NCBI GenBank assembly: GCA_951406725.2
Contig: OX597833.1
Span: 20,336,001-20,400,000, forward strand
Direction: 5' to 3'
Source of the DNA: Octopus vulgaris
Taxonomy: Eukaryota
Length of the DNA: 64,000 bases
Shown: piece by piece, positions 13,067-26,000 of the stretch
How the letters are laid out: every line of letters begins with the position of its first letter
Position numbering within the stretch: the first letter of the stretch is position 1
Translations under genes and position numbers: made by a program
The notes under the pieces: generated by a model
Databases searched by the model: none
The model's input: only the letters and a program-made list of their open reading frames with translations
Told to the model about the DNA's origin: nothing

Positions 13067-14185
13067 AGAAAGACGACAACAGAGGTGACACGGACTCCAT
13101 AAGTGACAATGAAGGCAGCTAGACATTACAAAATAAATAGCAATAAAAATATTTCAATTTGTTACTTATGATCTGCATGTTTAACAGATCTTGTTAATAA
13201 AATATTTTTACTTGTTTCAGTCATGCTGGAGCACTGTCTTTAGAAAGGTTTTTAAAACCTAGTATTTATTCTGTTAGTCTCTTTTGTTGAACCAAGTTAC
13301 TGGGACATGAACATACCAACACAGGTTGTCAAGTGGTGGTGGGGAGACAAAAACACACATAAACACACACACACACACACACACAAACAGGTTTCTTTCA
13401 GTTTCCATCTACCAAATCCACTCTCAAGGCTTTGGTCAGCCCAAGGGTATTGTAGAAGACATTTGGCCAAGGTGCTATGCAGTGGAACTGAACCTGGAAC
13501 CATGTTGTTGGGAACAAACTTCTTACCGCACAGCCACACTGGTTATTTCATTCGATAATATACGCAAACAAGAAAATTTTTTCTTTTATTTTATCTAGTT
13601 TCAGCTCACGAGCTGTGGCCATGCTGGGGCACTGCCATTTTGCTGGGGCAAAAGTTTTCACATTTTTATAAAAAGGAATCCATTTCTTTTGTTAATTTCC
13701 AGAATGCCTCAGTTGAGCTCAATCAGAAACCAGTCAGTCACTGGCGATCAAAAATCACGATAAATGTTGTTCAAGAAGACTTATCTCTCAACAGGAACGC
13801 CATACCTGGAGAGCTTTATCGCTATATCAAGTAAGTGTGTTTTAATTTTGGTGTGATATTTATTCCAGATCTTTCTATATTAGAAATATTTATTATTATT
13901 ATTATTATTATTAGTTGTAGTAGTAGTAGTAGTAGTAGTAGTAGCAGCAGCAGCAGCTATAGTAGTAGTAGTGGTAGTAGTAAGGCAGCAAACTGGCAGA
14001 ATCGTTAGCACGCTGGGTGGAAAGCTTAGCGGTATTTCGCCCGTCGTTACATCCTGAGTTCAAATTCCACCGAGGTCGACTTTGCCTTTCATCCTTTCAG
14101 GATCGACAAATTAAGTACCTGTGAAATACTGTAATCAACCTGTCCCCTTCCCCAAAGAGGCTGCCTTTATGGCAAAATTTGAAAC

Positions 14186-14216
<31 letters not shown>

Positions 14217-15510
14217 GAGTGAGAGAGCAGTGCATGTCATCAAAGTGACACTAGGGTAAAATATATGAAGCCCAGTATACCCATCATGACTACCCATCTG
14301 ATAAGGATACACTAAGCACATGCATCACAACCATGTGTGTGCGACATGGTAATCTCATATCAAGATAAACAGCGCATGATCTTGCAGGTGGGGCCCAGTT
14401 AGAATTTTCTTCTGTTCGAGTAGCTCATCCTGCTCAAAAGGTACCTGAATAAGAGTTGTTTAAGGATGTTGACTGAAACACCTATGTTTCCAAAGGTGAA
14501 TTATCCAAACCTCCAAGAATTCCTTTCAACACATGGCTATAATGCTCCACCACTACTTCTGCTCATGGTCAGAGATGCACATATCGTCATGCACTAAGAG
14601 ACATGCTCAATTGGTTAAGGTCAAACAACTGACAAGCAAATCTGTGGTATTGTTCTAGAAAAGGCAGTGAGCTGGCAGAATCGTTAGCACGCCGGGCGAA
14701 ATGCTTAGCAGTATTTCGTCTGCCGCTACGTTCTGAGTTCAAATTCCGCCGAGGTCGACTTTGCCTTTCATCCTTTCGGGGTCGATATTATCGACTTAAT
14801 CCGTTTGTCCTCTCTGTGTTTAGCCCCTTGTCGGTAGTAAAGAAATAGGTATTGTTCTAGAAAGGATTATTATAGGTTTGCACTATTAAGCAGTGAAAAA
14901 TTTTCTATGATTCTATTCCAAGGTGTTTCATTTTCCATTTGGAATGTTGTAATTTTTCTTTTTTTCTCGGAAGCTTTTTGTAGCTTGAATGATGTTGGTG
15001 GTGGTCATGTCTTTTGACTTTAATGCAGAAATTGAGTTTTAACCCTTTGTCATTCATATTACACTATCAAATATAATGCAAATTTATTCACTTTGTTTTG
15101 AATTAGTCATGCAAAGTTTCAAGACTTCAATGAAATATATAGTTGTTTATTTTTACAATGACATTGTTGGGTAGGCATGAGAGGTCAGATCTAGCTGGTT
15201 TGAACATAAAACAAGTAGAGTACTTGGGCCTGGTAATATTTGGTTTTAATGGTTTTTAGAGTTTTTTTCCTTATTGAATTGTAACTTATCTTGAGGTCTC
15301 ATAAACTGATCAATGTGGTGATCATAATTGACAATTAGTTATTCCTAATTTTTTCTTTCTTTTTTCTTCATTATAGATTTTCACCTGAGGGATTTTATCT
15401 ACCAATTGTATTCATTGATGAACTCAGTAACAGGTTGTCTGATCTTCAGGTGAGTTGTTATCTCAAACACAGTAGAAACCATTCAGGTCTTCATATGTGT
15501 GCAAGCACCC

Positions 15511-15541
<31 letters not shown>

Positions 15542-18500
15542 ATTATAAAAATGAGTAAAGATTCAAACGAATATTCATATAGATATTATTATTATTATTG
15601 AGTGAAAGAGCAGTGCATACCATCAAAGTGACACTGGGGTAAAATATACAAAGCTCAGAATACCCATCATGACTACCCGTATGATAAGGATACACTAGGT
15701 ACATGCATCACAACCATATGTGCGCGACATGGTGATCAAGATAAACAGCATATGACCTTGCAGGTGGGGCCCAGTTAGAATTTTCTTCTGGTCGAGTAAC
15801 CCATCACACTCAAAAGGTCCCTGAATAAGGATTGTTTATGGATGTTGAATGAACCACCCCTGTTTCCAAAGGTGAATTATCCTTCAACACATGGCTATGA
15901 TGCTTCCCCACTATTTCTGCTTGTGATCAGAGACGCACATATCGTCAGCCACTAAGGGACATGGTCAACTGGTTAAGGTCAAACAACTGACAAGCAAATC
16001 TGTGGTATTGAGCAGAATATTTACTGTAGCCCATCTTTTATACCAAGACAAAACAATGTACATGGTAAAACTTCCAATCAGTTAAGATCAGCAGCCATGA
16101 GAGCCACTGCCTGAATAGTAGATCTAAATAATTGATAATAATAATAATATTAGTGGCAGCAAGCAATAAATAATATTAAATAGCTATACAATAGATATAT
16201 CAAATTATAATAGAGGGTCCATGAAGCACCAGCTTGCTAGAAAGGAGAGTCAAAATCCTCAACTTAACCACCAATCTTACTGAAAAATATGCAATGGACT
16301 AGCAGAAATTGGGCAAATGAGCAAAATTTAACATACCATCTCAGCTTAGAGCTGTAGTATGAGGTGACAGATATTCTTGAATTATGACATTGAAATCTGG
16401 CCAGTGCCTTAAACCTCATCAGCAGGTCTTGCCATACCTACTATGAAAGATCCAACTCACCTTGCTGGAATCTGTTACGTTTTGAATAGTCCCATGCCAA
16501 AATTCAAAACCTGGTGGCACGTAAAAAGCACCAACCAATCGTGGACGTTGACAGGCTCCTCTGGCCCCTGTGCCGGTGGCACGTAAAAAGCTCCCACTAC
16601 ACTCACGGAGTGGTTGGCATTAGGAAGGGCATCCAGCTGTAGAAACATTGCCAGATCAGACTGGAGCCTGGTGCAGCCTCCTGTCTTCCCAGACTCCAGT
16701 TGAACTGTCCAACCCATGCTAGCATGGAAAACGGACATTAAATGATGATGATGATGTGTGTCTTGTCATTTTTTCACCTCCTTCAGTATTATACTTGTAC
16801 TCAGGTGAGGAGGATCTTGTCATGCAAATTACTAGGTAACCTCACTAGTGCCAGTGCTATGAAAAAAGCACCCACTACACTCTGTAAATTGGTTGGCATT
16901 AGGAAGGACATCCAGTCATAGAAACTATTTCAAAGCAGACATTGGAACTCAGTGCAGTCCTCCTACCTGTCAATTCTTGTTGAATCATCCAACCCATGCC
17001 AGCATGGAAAATAGACATAAAATGATGATGAGGAGTAGAAATATTATTATTTCTAAGTCTCTCTAAAGGAGACTATGGTAGTGGTACTGGATATTAATAG
17101 TTATCGCCAAGCTAATACGGCAGTCCATAAATATAGGATGAAAGCTGCCGTTGATTAGCTCCAAGAGGCCATCGCCTCTAGGTAGCTATGTGACATATGA
17201 ACCTGTGTCCATTATAACCTTCGAACAGGGGAGGTCAGCTGCGTCCCCTTGCTGGTCAGGCATCTGCAGACTAGTTTTGGGGTATTTGCCCTTTATCAAT
17301 GCAGAGCAGCCGTGTCATAAAGTGAAAAAATTTTTTTTTATTGTCACGATAAAATATTATTTCACAGGTCTAATTCTGCACTGATGTGCAGGTATGCTAT
17401 TTTTACTATGTCATCATAATATTACACAAAATGTGATTTAATTATTTTTTTCATTTGAACAGATCATTAACACTACAACTAGAACCATGTCGCTGAAAGT
17501 GAGTTATGCACCTATCTCCATTGGAAAATTAAGACTTTGGACCAGTATGATGGATTCTATGAAGGCCATGAAAACACTTGGTGAGTGATTCAGACTGTAA
17601 ACATCAGCCATCATTTACATATCTTTATTTCTCTGTGTTAGATGATTTAACAGAGATTTTTTTACTGTGTCCAGAAAATTCTCTGTATGGGAAAATTTGC
17701 CATAAGACAAATTGGCCATATGGACAAAGATAAAGCATATTATATAAGCATTTTAAAAATAAAAACAAAGAATGGTAAAAGCTTTTATATTCTGTGAAGA
17801 ATATGTGGTTAGCATACTGGACAAAATGCTTAGTGGCATTTCATCTGTCTTTGTGTTCTGAGTTCAAATTCTGCATAGGTTGACTTTGCCCTCCATCCTT
17901 CTGGGAGTCAATAAAATAAGTAATAAGTATCAATCAAGTACTGTGGCCATGTGCCAACAGTAGAAAGGATTATAGTTCAAATTCCACCGAGGTCGACTTT
18001 GCCTTTCATCCTTTCGGGGTCAATAAATTAAGTACCAGTTTCGCACTGGGGTCGATGTAATCGACTTAATCCGTTTGTCTGTCCTTGTTTGTCCCCTCTA
18101 TGTTTAGCCCCTTGTGGGTAATAAAGAAACAATTATTATTATTATTATTGAGTGAGAGAGCAGTGCATGCCATCAAAGTGACACTGGGGTAAAATATATG
18201 AAGCCCAGTATACACAGACTACCCGTTTGATAAGGGTACACTAGGCACATGCATCACAACCATATGTGCGTGACATGACCTTACAGGTGGGGCCCAGTTA
18301 GAATTTTTTTCTGGTCGAGTAACCCATCCCGCTCAAAATGTCCCTGAATAAGGGTTGTTTAAGGATGTTGAATGAAATACCCATGTTTCCAAATTATTCA
18401 AACCCCAAAGAATCTCTCTCAACACATGGCTATGATGCTCCCCCACTACTTCTGCTCGTGATCAGAGATGCACATATCGTCAGCCATTAAGGGACATGGT

Positions 18501-18878
18501 CAACTGGTTATGGTCAAACAACTGACAAGCAAATCTGTGGTATTGAGCAGAATATTTGTTGTAGTCCATCTTTTATACCAAAACAAAACAATGTACATGA
18601 TAACACTTCCAATCAGTTAAGATCAGAAGCCATGAGAGCCACTGCCTTTATTATTATTATTATTATTGTAAGGCGGTGAGCTGGCAGAATCATTAGCATG
18701 CTGGTGAAATGCTTAGCAGTATTATGTCTGCTGCTACATTCTGAGTTTAAATTCCGCCTGGGTCAACTTTGCCTTTCATCCTTTCAGGATCGATTAAATA
18801 AGTACCAGTTACGCACTGGGGTCGATGTAACTGACTTAATCCCCTCCCTCAAGCTGTCCTTGTGGCAAAAATTTGAAG

Positions 18879-18924
<46 letters not shown>

Positions 18925-19073
18925 TTCTGAGTTCAAATTCCACCGAAGTTGACTTTGCCTTTCATCCTTTCAGGGTTGATAAAATAAGTACTAGTTGAAC
19001 ACTGGGGTCGATGTCATTGACTTATATCGCCTCCCCAAAATTGCTGCCCTTGTGACAAAATTTGAAACCATTA

Positions 19074-19120
<47 letters not shown>

Positions 19121-19585
19121 GTTATTGTTTCTTTTTTTAGGTTTCAAAGAAAAAGATGTCGATGAACTGAAAGGCATCTTCACCGATACTAATTTGGCTC
19201 TGTTGTTGTTGACATTTGCTGTATCTACACTTCATGTAAGTGTTTAAAGTGTTTAAAAAAAAAAACTGTTTTTCATTGTAAATTTTACCATATTTGATAG
19301 TATAAAAGATGCACTGGCATATTAGACAGATCTCAATTCTTAGCAGTGCATATTCAGAAAAAATACTTTTAATGCATTAAAATATGGAATATTTATAGCA
19401 ATCTTGGTGTGATGATTTAAGGGCAGATGTGTGTGTGTCTCTCTCTCTCTCTCTCTCTCTCTCTTTACAGACACACACAAATACATATGTATATATACTG
19501 TGTGTTTGTGTGTGTGTGTGTGTGTGTGTATCTCTCTCTCTCTTTACAGACACACACACATACATATGTATATATACCGTGTGTT

Positions 19586-19617
<32 letters not shown>

Positions 19618-22464
19618 CATACACACACACACACACACATGATTGTGTGTGTGTGTACGTAAGTTCAGGAGTGGCAGTGTAGTTACTTCGGAGTTATGTA
19701 GTGTAGGGTTCAGTCCCATGGTGCGGCACCTTGGGCAAGTGTCTTCTATTATAGCCTCTGGCTGACCAAAGTCTTGTGAGTAGATTTGGGAGATGGAAAC
19801 TAAAGGAAGCCTGTCATCTGTGTGTGTATGTGTGTGTGTCTGTATGTATGTATTTGTGTACCTTTGCCAAGACATCACATGATGGTTGCAAATGAGCATC
19901 ATCGTCATACAAGTGAGGTTGTTTGTTTCTGGTCATCCATAAAAATCATGTCCAGCCATGAGGAGGTATCACTTTGCTTGGAAACAGGAGAGAGTTGGCA
20001 GCAGAAACGGCTGTAGAAAAAACCTGTCTCAACAAATTCCATCTGACCCATGCAGGCATGGAAAAGTAGACATTAATACCATAGTCATGATGCTGCTGAT
20101 GCTGTTATTGTTGTTGTTAAGCAACAAGACGGGTAAAGGTGATTAGGTGATGGTCTAGGGCTTAGGGGCAGGAGACCCCAGACCTTGGAAAAAAAAATGG
20201 TCGTCTTGTTGTAATCGAGGGCTCTTTGTTGACACCCGACACCACTAGGAGGTGGCCCTCGAAGTCGCTGGAAATGGAGATCTCCAGGTCCAAATTCTTG
20301 AACAGCTGCTGCTGCTGCTGATTTTTAGTGAAGATAATATTGATTTCTTAAATAAGTGCAAAGCTACAAATTTTTTTGGTGGTGGTGTGGGGGATGAGCC
20401 ACTGATGTAATGAACTACAGGGCAATAAACAAAAAAAAAAGAAGAGAAAAGCATTTCAAATATAGAAGACACATGACCAGATGTGTTAGAGGAGAAGGGT
20501 GGAGGAAATTATATTGACCTCAGCCCGTCAATACTACTTATTTTGTGTCAGTCAACCTTGGTAGGGTTTGAACTCGGGACAAAATATGATGGAGCAAAAT
20601 CATGCAAGGTATTTTGTCTAACTCTCTACCAATTTCGCCACCCTCTGCCCTTTTGTGTTGATCATAAAATAATATTCTTTGAGCCAACATTAAATGCAGC
20701 CAGTTGGCAGAATTGTTACAGCCTCACGCAAATATATGCCTTGCAGTAATTATTCCATTCTTTGAGTTTTGAGTTCAAATCTTGCCAAACTCAACTTTGC
20801 TTTTCATCAATTGAGGGATCAATAAAATTCCAAGGCATCTCATCTGATGGTCTATTAATTCTGGTGATCTGTCTCTCTGGAACCGTTACCTTATTTAATC
20901 AACCCTCCCACCACAAAAGATAGAATAATATAATGTCATAAACAGTTGCTATAAAAACCCAGTCGCCATATATTTAAAATATTTTAAAAAATGTATATAC
21001 TTGTTTTTATATTCCACCAGTTGCTCTTTGATTTCCTGGCCTTTAAGAATGATATCAATTTCTGGAGAGGCAAAAAATCCATGGAAGGTCTTTCATCAAG
21101 AGGTGGTGAGTATGAATAAATATTTAAAAAAGAAAAAAGCATCTTTTGATGTTCTAACTCTTGGAGGTGCGTGGGGTAGTGGTTAGGGTGTCAGCATCAT
21201 GATCGTAAGATTGTGGCTTCGATTCCTGGACCAGGTGACACATTGTGTTCTTGAGCAAAACACTTCATTTCATGTTGCTCCAGTCCACTCAGCTGGCAAA
21301 AATGAGTAACACTGCAATGGACTGGCATCCCGTCCAGCTGGGGAACACATATGCCATTGAAACTGGCAAACCGGGCCCATGAGCCTGGCTACGCTTTAAA
21401 AGGGTGCATTTATTATTATTTTTAACTCTTATATTCAGTAGTTAATCTGGTAGATCTTAAAAAAGGCATCTCATTTATTACTGTATTTGATGGTATATAA
21501 AACACGCTTTTTTACTCCAAAATGTTTGAAATATCACCCCAAGTCCAATATGCAAGATTGCTTAAACCCTTTAACATTCTGATTACTGCCGATTTTAGCA
21601 GTTTTGTAACTTCTTGCGGAACCCCTGGACTGTACTGGCGGAACCCTGGTTGAAAACCACTGACGTATATGCTAAAGAGCATAATCAATACAATTGAAAT
21701 GAAACAATTTTTCTAAAACCAATATAAGCTATGGGTGGAATGTATTACTGGTTATTAGTTTGTTGTGCTCAAATATTCTATCTGGCCCAAATATCCTATA
21801 TGTTTCATGTTCAAACTGACAAAATCTAGCCTATCACACCTACCCTACAATATCATTCTAAAAAATAAAGTCATACCATGGAAATCGCAAAGTTACAAGA
21901 TAAATACGTGTTTAATTCAAAACAATGTATTATATTTGAGAGTAATCTGAATGCTAAAGAGTTAGAGAATGAAATAGAAATAATTGTGTTGTGAGGAAAA
22001 AAAAGAAACAATATTAGTTATAGTTTAAATACCATTTTAATTTGGGAAGTATGGGAGACAACTCTTACATGTTTTGGTCTTATTTTGAACTCATCAATAG
22101 AGCAAAGGCTTCATATGAGCAAGAGCTAATCTAGTGATGAAAGCATCACCAAATAAATTGACAAGATTGTACAATAGGTTTGGATAGAAAAATAGAAATG
22201 ATTTTTTCTTTTTTACTGTTATGCTTCCACTTAACTCTTGAAGACAAAACCAATTCTCCAAGCATCTCAAATCCATCATTGCCAGGCCTGCCTGTATGGT
22301 AAGGCATGACTGTATGGTTAAGAAGCTTATTTTACAACCATATGGTTCAGGTTCAGTCCCATTGCATGGTACCTTTGGCAAGTGTCTTCTACTATAGCTC
22401 CAGGCCAACCAAAGTGGACGACAACTGATGTATGTGGTAGCCTGTCGTGTGTGTGAATATATAC

Positions 22465-22496
<32 letters not shown>

Positions 22497-23013
22497 TTCG
22501 GCTTCATCCGGAGAAGGAGTACTACTAATGCTATTTTCATAGTCAGGCAACTACAAGAGAAATACTCAGCTAAGAAAAAAACCCGTTATACTTAGCATTC
22601 GTTGATATAGAGAAAGCCTTCGATAGAGTACCCTGCTGTGTGATATTAGCCTTGAGCCGGTGCCACTTGAAAAGCACTTAGGGCAGTGTCATGTATAAGC
22701 GCCTCTGTGGTGCCATGTAAAAGCACTTGTGCAGCACTATGTAAAAGCACTTGTACTGTGCCATGTTAAAAGTGCCAATGTGGCACCACATTAAAGTACC
22801 CAGCACATTCTGTAAAGTGGTTGGCATTAGGAAGGTCATCCAGCCATAGAAACCATGCCATATCAGACTGGAGTCTGGTGCAGCTCCCCAGCTTGCCAGC
22901 TCTGGTCAAACCATCCAACCCATGTGTATATATATATATAGTGTGTATATATATATAGTGTATATATATAGTGTGTATATATATATAGTGTATATAGTGT
23001 ATATATATATATA

Positions 23014-23089
<76 letters not shown>

Positions 23090-26000
23090 TATATACACAC
23101 TTTATTTCACGTTGCTCAGTTCACTCAAGTTATAGAAATGAGTTGTAATGTCACAGGTGCCAAGCTGTATCGGCCCCTTTGCCTTTCCCTTGAATAACAC
23201 TGGTGGTGTGGAGAGGGGGAGGCTGGTTTGCATGGGCAACTGCTGGTCTTCCATAATCAACCTTGCCTGGACTTGTACCTCGGAGGGTAACTTTCTAGGT
23301 GCAATCCCATAGTCATTCATGACTGAAGGGGGTTTCCCCATATAAAATAAGTACTGGGGTCAATCTGTTCGTCTAAAACCCTTCAAGATGGTGCTTTATC
23401 ATGGCTGCAGTCCAATGACTGAAACACAGTATAAGTTAAAAGAAAGATAATACCTTGGTGATTCTCAAATGTTTTAACCTGTTGAAACATAAACCACAAT
23501 TCAAATAAGCAAATTTGAGGAATCTTAGGTGGACAGTTCTTCCAGCGAGTCATGGTTTTGATGTCTGATGTGAACATTTGTCATGGATTTCCTATTTCTC
23601 TCTTCACCATTGCAGTTGTGTGGAGATGTGTCTCAACAATGATCATCTTCCTGTTTCTGTTGGACCAAGAATCAAGTTTACTTGTACTTATTCCGGCTGG
23701 GATTGGAGCTTTCATCGAGGTAAGTTTCCAGCTCTGGTCAAATGAAATTACATTTAATGTTTACATGTTTTTACTTCTTTATGTTTTTTTTTTGTTTTAA
23801 GTATAGTTGCAGGCTTGGTTGTGTGGTAAGAAGATTACTTCCCAACCTCATGTTTGTGGGTTCAGTGCTCCACTGTGTGGCATCTTAGGCAAGTGCCTTT
23901 TACTACAGTCCCAGGCTGACCAAAGCTTTGTGGGTGAATTAGGTAGACAGAAACTGAAAGAAGTTTAAAGGCGGCGAGCTGGCAGAAATGCTTAGCGGTA
24001 TTTTGTCTGCTGTTACGTTCTGAGTTCAAATTCCGCCGAGGTTGACTTAGCCGTTCATCCTTTTGGGGTTGATAAATTAAGTACCAGTTATGCACTGGGG
24101 TCGATATAATTGACTTAATCCATTTGTCTGTCCTTGTTTGTCCCATCTGTGTGTAGCCCCTTGTGGGCAGTAAAGAAATAAGAAACTGAAAGAAGTCTGT
24201 TTTATACACACACACAGACACACAGATGAGAAAGGACAGATATCTGGTGCTTTGCTGCATTCAAAAAGACCCGCCCATCACAGCAGAATTGATACTGATG
24301 CTGGTGCCCTGTAAAAAGCACTCAGTACACCATGTAAAGTGGTTGGCATTAGGAGGGACATCCAGCCATAGAAACCATGCCAAAGCTGCAAACATTGGAG
24401 CTTGGCACTATCTGATGCACTATCCAATCCATACCAGCAGAGAAAAGGGACATTAAATGGTGGAGGTGGTGGTGGCGGCGGCAGTGTCGATGATGATGAT
24501 GATGATGATAGTCTTCTCCACAGTTTCTCTCCACCAGTTTCATTGACAAAGCATTGGTCGACTTCAGGGCGTTTGCTCAAGGTGTCACACAGTGGCACTG
24601 GTCTTAGACCTCTACATGGTTAAGAAGCAGACTTCTTAATTACACAGCTTTGCCTTAATGATTGTTAACTAGAAAAAGAAAAAAAAATGAAAGCATTAAA
24701 ATATTCATTCTTTTAAGTGCATTTAACTAATATTTGAAAACTGATAGATTGTTGAGAAATAAATGCCAAATGATCTCTAATAAAATGATTTTACTTTTGC
24801 AGGTGTGGAAAGTTAAAAAAGCATTCAAATTGAATATAACATGGTCTGGTTGGAAACCTTTCTTTGAAGTAAGTAAAACCAGTAAGGAAGAAGTTGTGTG
24901 TTTGTCCAAAGAAATAGGTGATGATTTTTGTTGGTAGGAATTATTCATGAGTTTAGATTGATTTTTTTCCCTCTCAGATGCCAACAGATCAGTCCTCAAA
25001 CAAGGCGGCGAGCTGGCAGAAACGTTAGTGCGCCGGGCGAACATTTCGTCTGCCGCTATGTTCTGAGTTCAAATTCTGCCGAGGTCGACTTTACCTTTCA
25101 TCCTTTTGGGGTTGATAAATTAAGTACCAGTTATGCACTGGGGTTGATGTAATCGACTTAATCCGTTTGTCTGTCCTTGTTTGTCCTCTCTGTATTTAGC
25201 CCCTTGTGGGCAATAAAGAAATAAGAAACTTTAGTGCACCGGACGAAATGCTTAGCGACATTTTGCCTGCTGTTATGTTCTGAGTTCAAACTCCGCCGAG
25301 GTTGACTTTGTCTTTCATCCTTTCGGGGCCGATAAACTAAGTTCCAGTTACGCACTGGCGTCGATGTAATCGACTTAATCCGTTTGTCTGTCCTTGTTTG
25401 TCCCCACTGTGTTTAACCCCTTGTGGGCAATGAAGAAATAAGAAATAAGATCAGTCCTCAAACATCAGATTCCCCTTCTCCCCATAACATAAAAGCCTCA
25501 CTGTGTATATTTCTATGTATACATTTATAGCAAAACACACACACACACACTCTCTCTCTCTCTCTCTCTCTGTATGTCTCTCACACACACACAAACACAC
25601 ACACACAGAACAAGCTATTTCTTTTAAGCTGTATTTATTTTCCAAACAGCATACCATTGTGAAAAGTTTTCCTTCTTTACCAGCTGTTGAAAGTTTGATT
25701 TAAAAAGAAAACAACCAAAATATTTTTATAATGGTTTGAAACCAAAGTACTGTTGTCTTAACCCTTTAGAATTTGTGACATAAAGGTGTTAGAAAAGTTG
25801 AGGCATTCATATAAGAAAAAAAAAACAATGGAAAAGAAAACAAGATTGTGTGAGTCAGTGATGGTAGTGGCGGTGGTAGCAGTGGTGATGGTGATGGTGG
25901 TGGCAGTGGTGGTGGTTGTGGTAGTGGCAATGGTGGTGGTGGTGGTGGCAGTAATGGTGGTGATGTAGGTGGTGTCTGGTGGTGGTGGCAGTGGTGGTGG

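Noticed and set aside
16385-16500. Minus-strand CTGATGA and AAAACGTA as a possible permuted hammerhead
   Set aside because: Stem II cannot be formed and GAAA is absent.
22660-22800. Short spaced repeats (GTGCCATGTAAAAGCAC) resembling a CRISPR array
   Set aside because: They are degenerate internal tandem repeats of a SINE family with no unique spacers, in a eukaryotic context.
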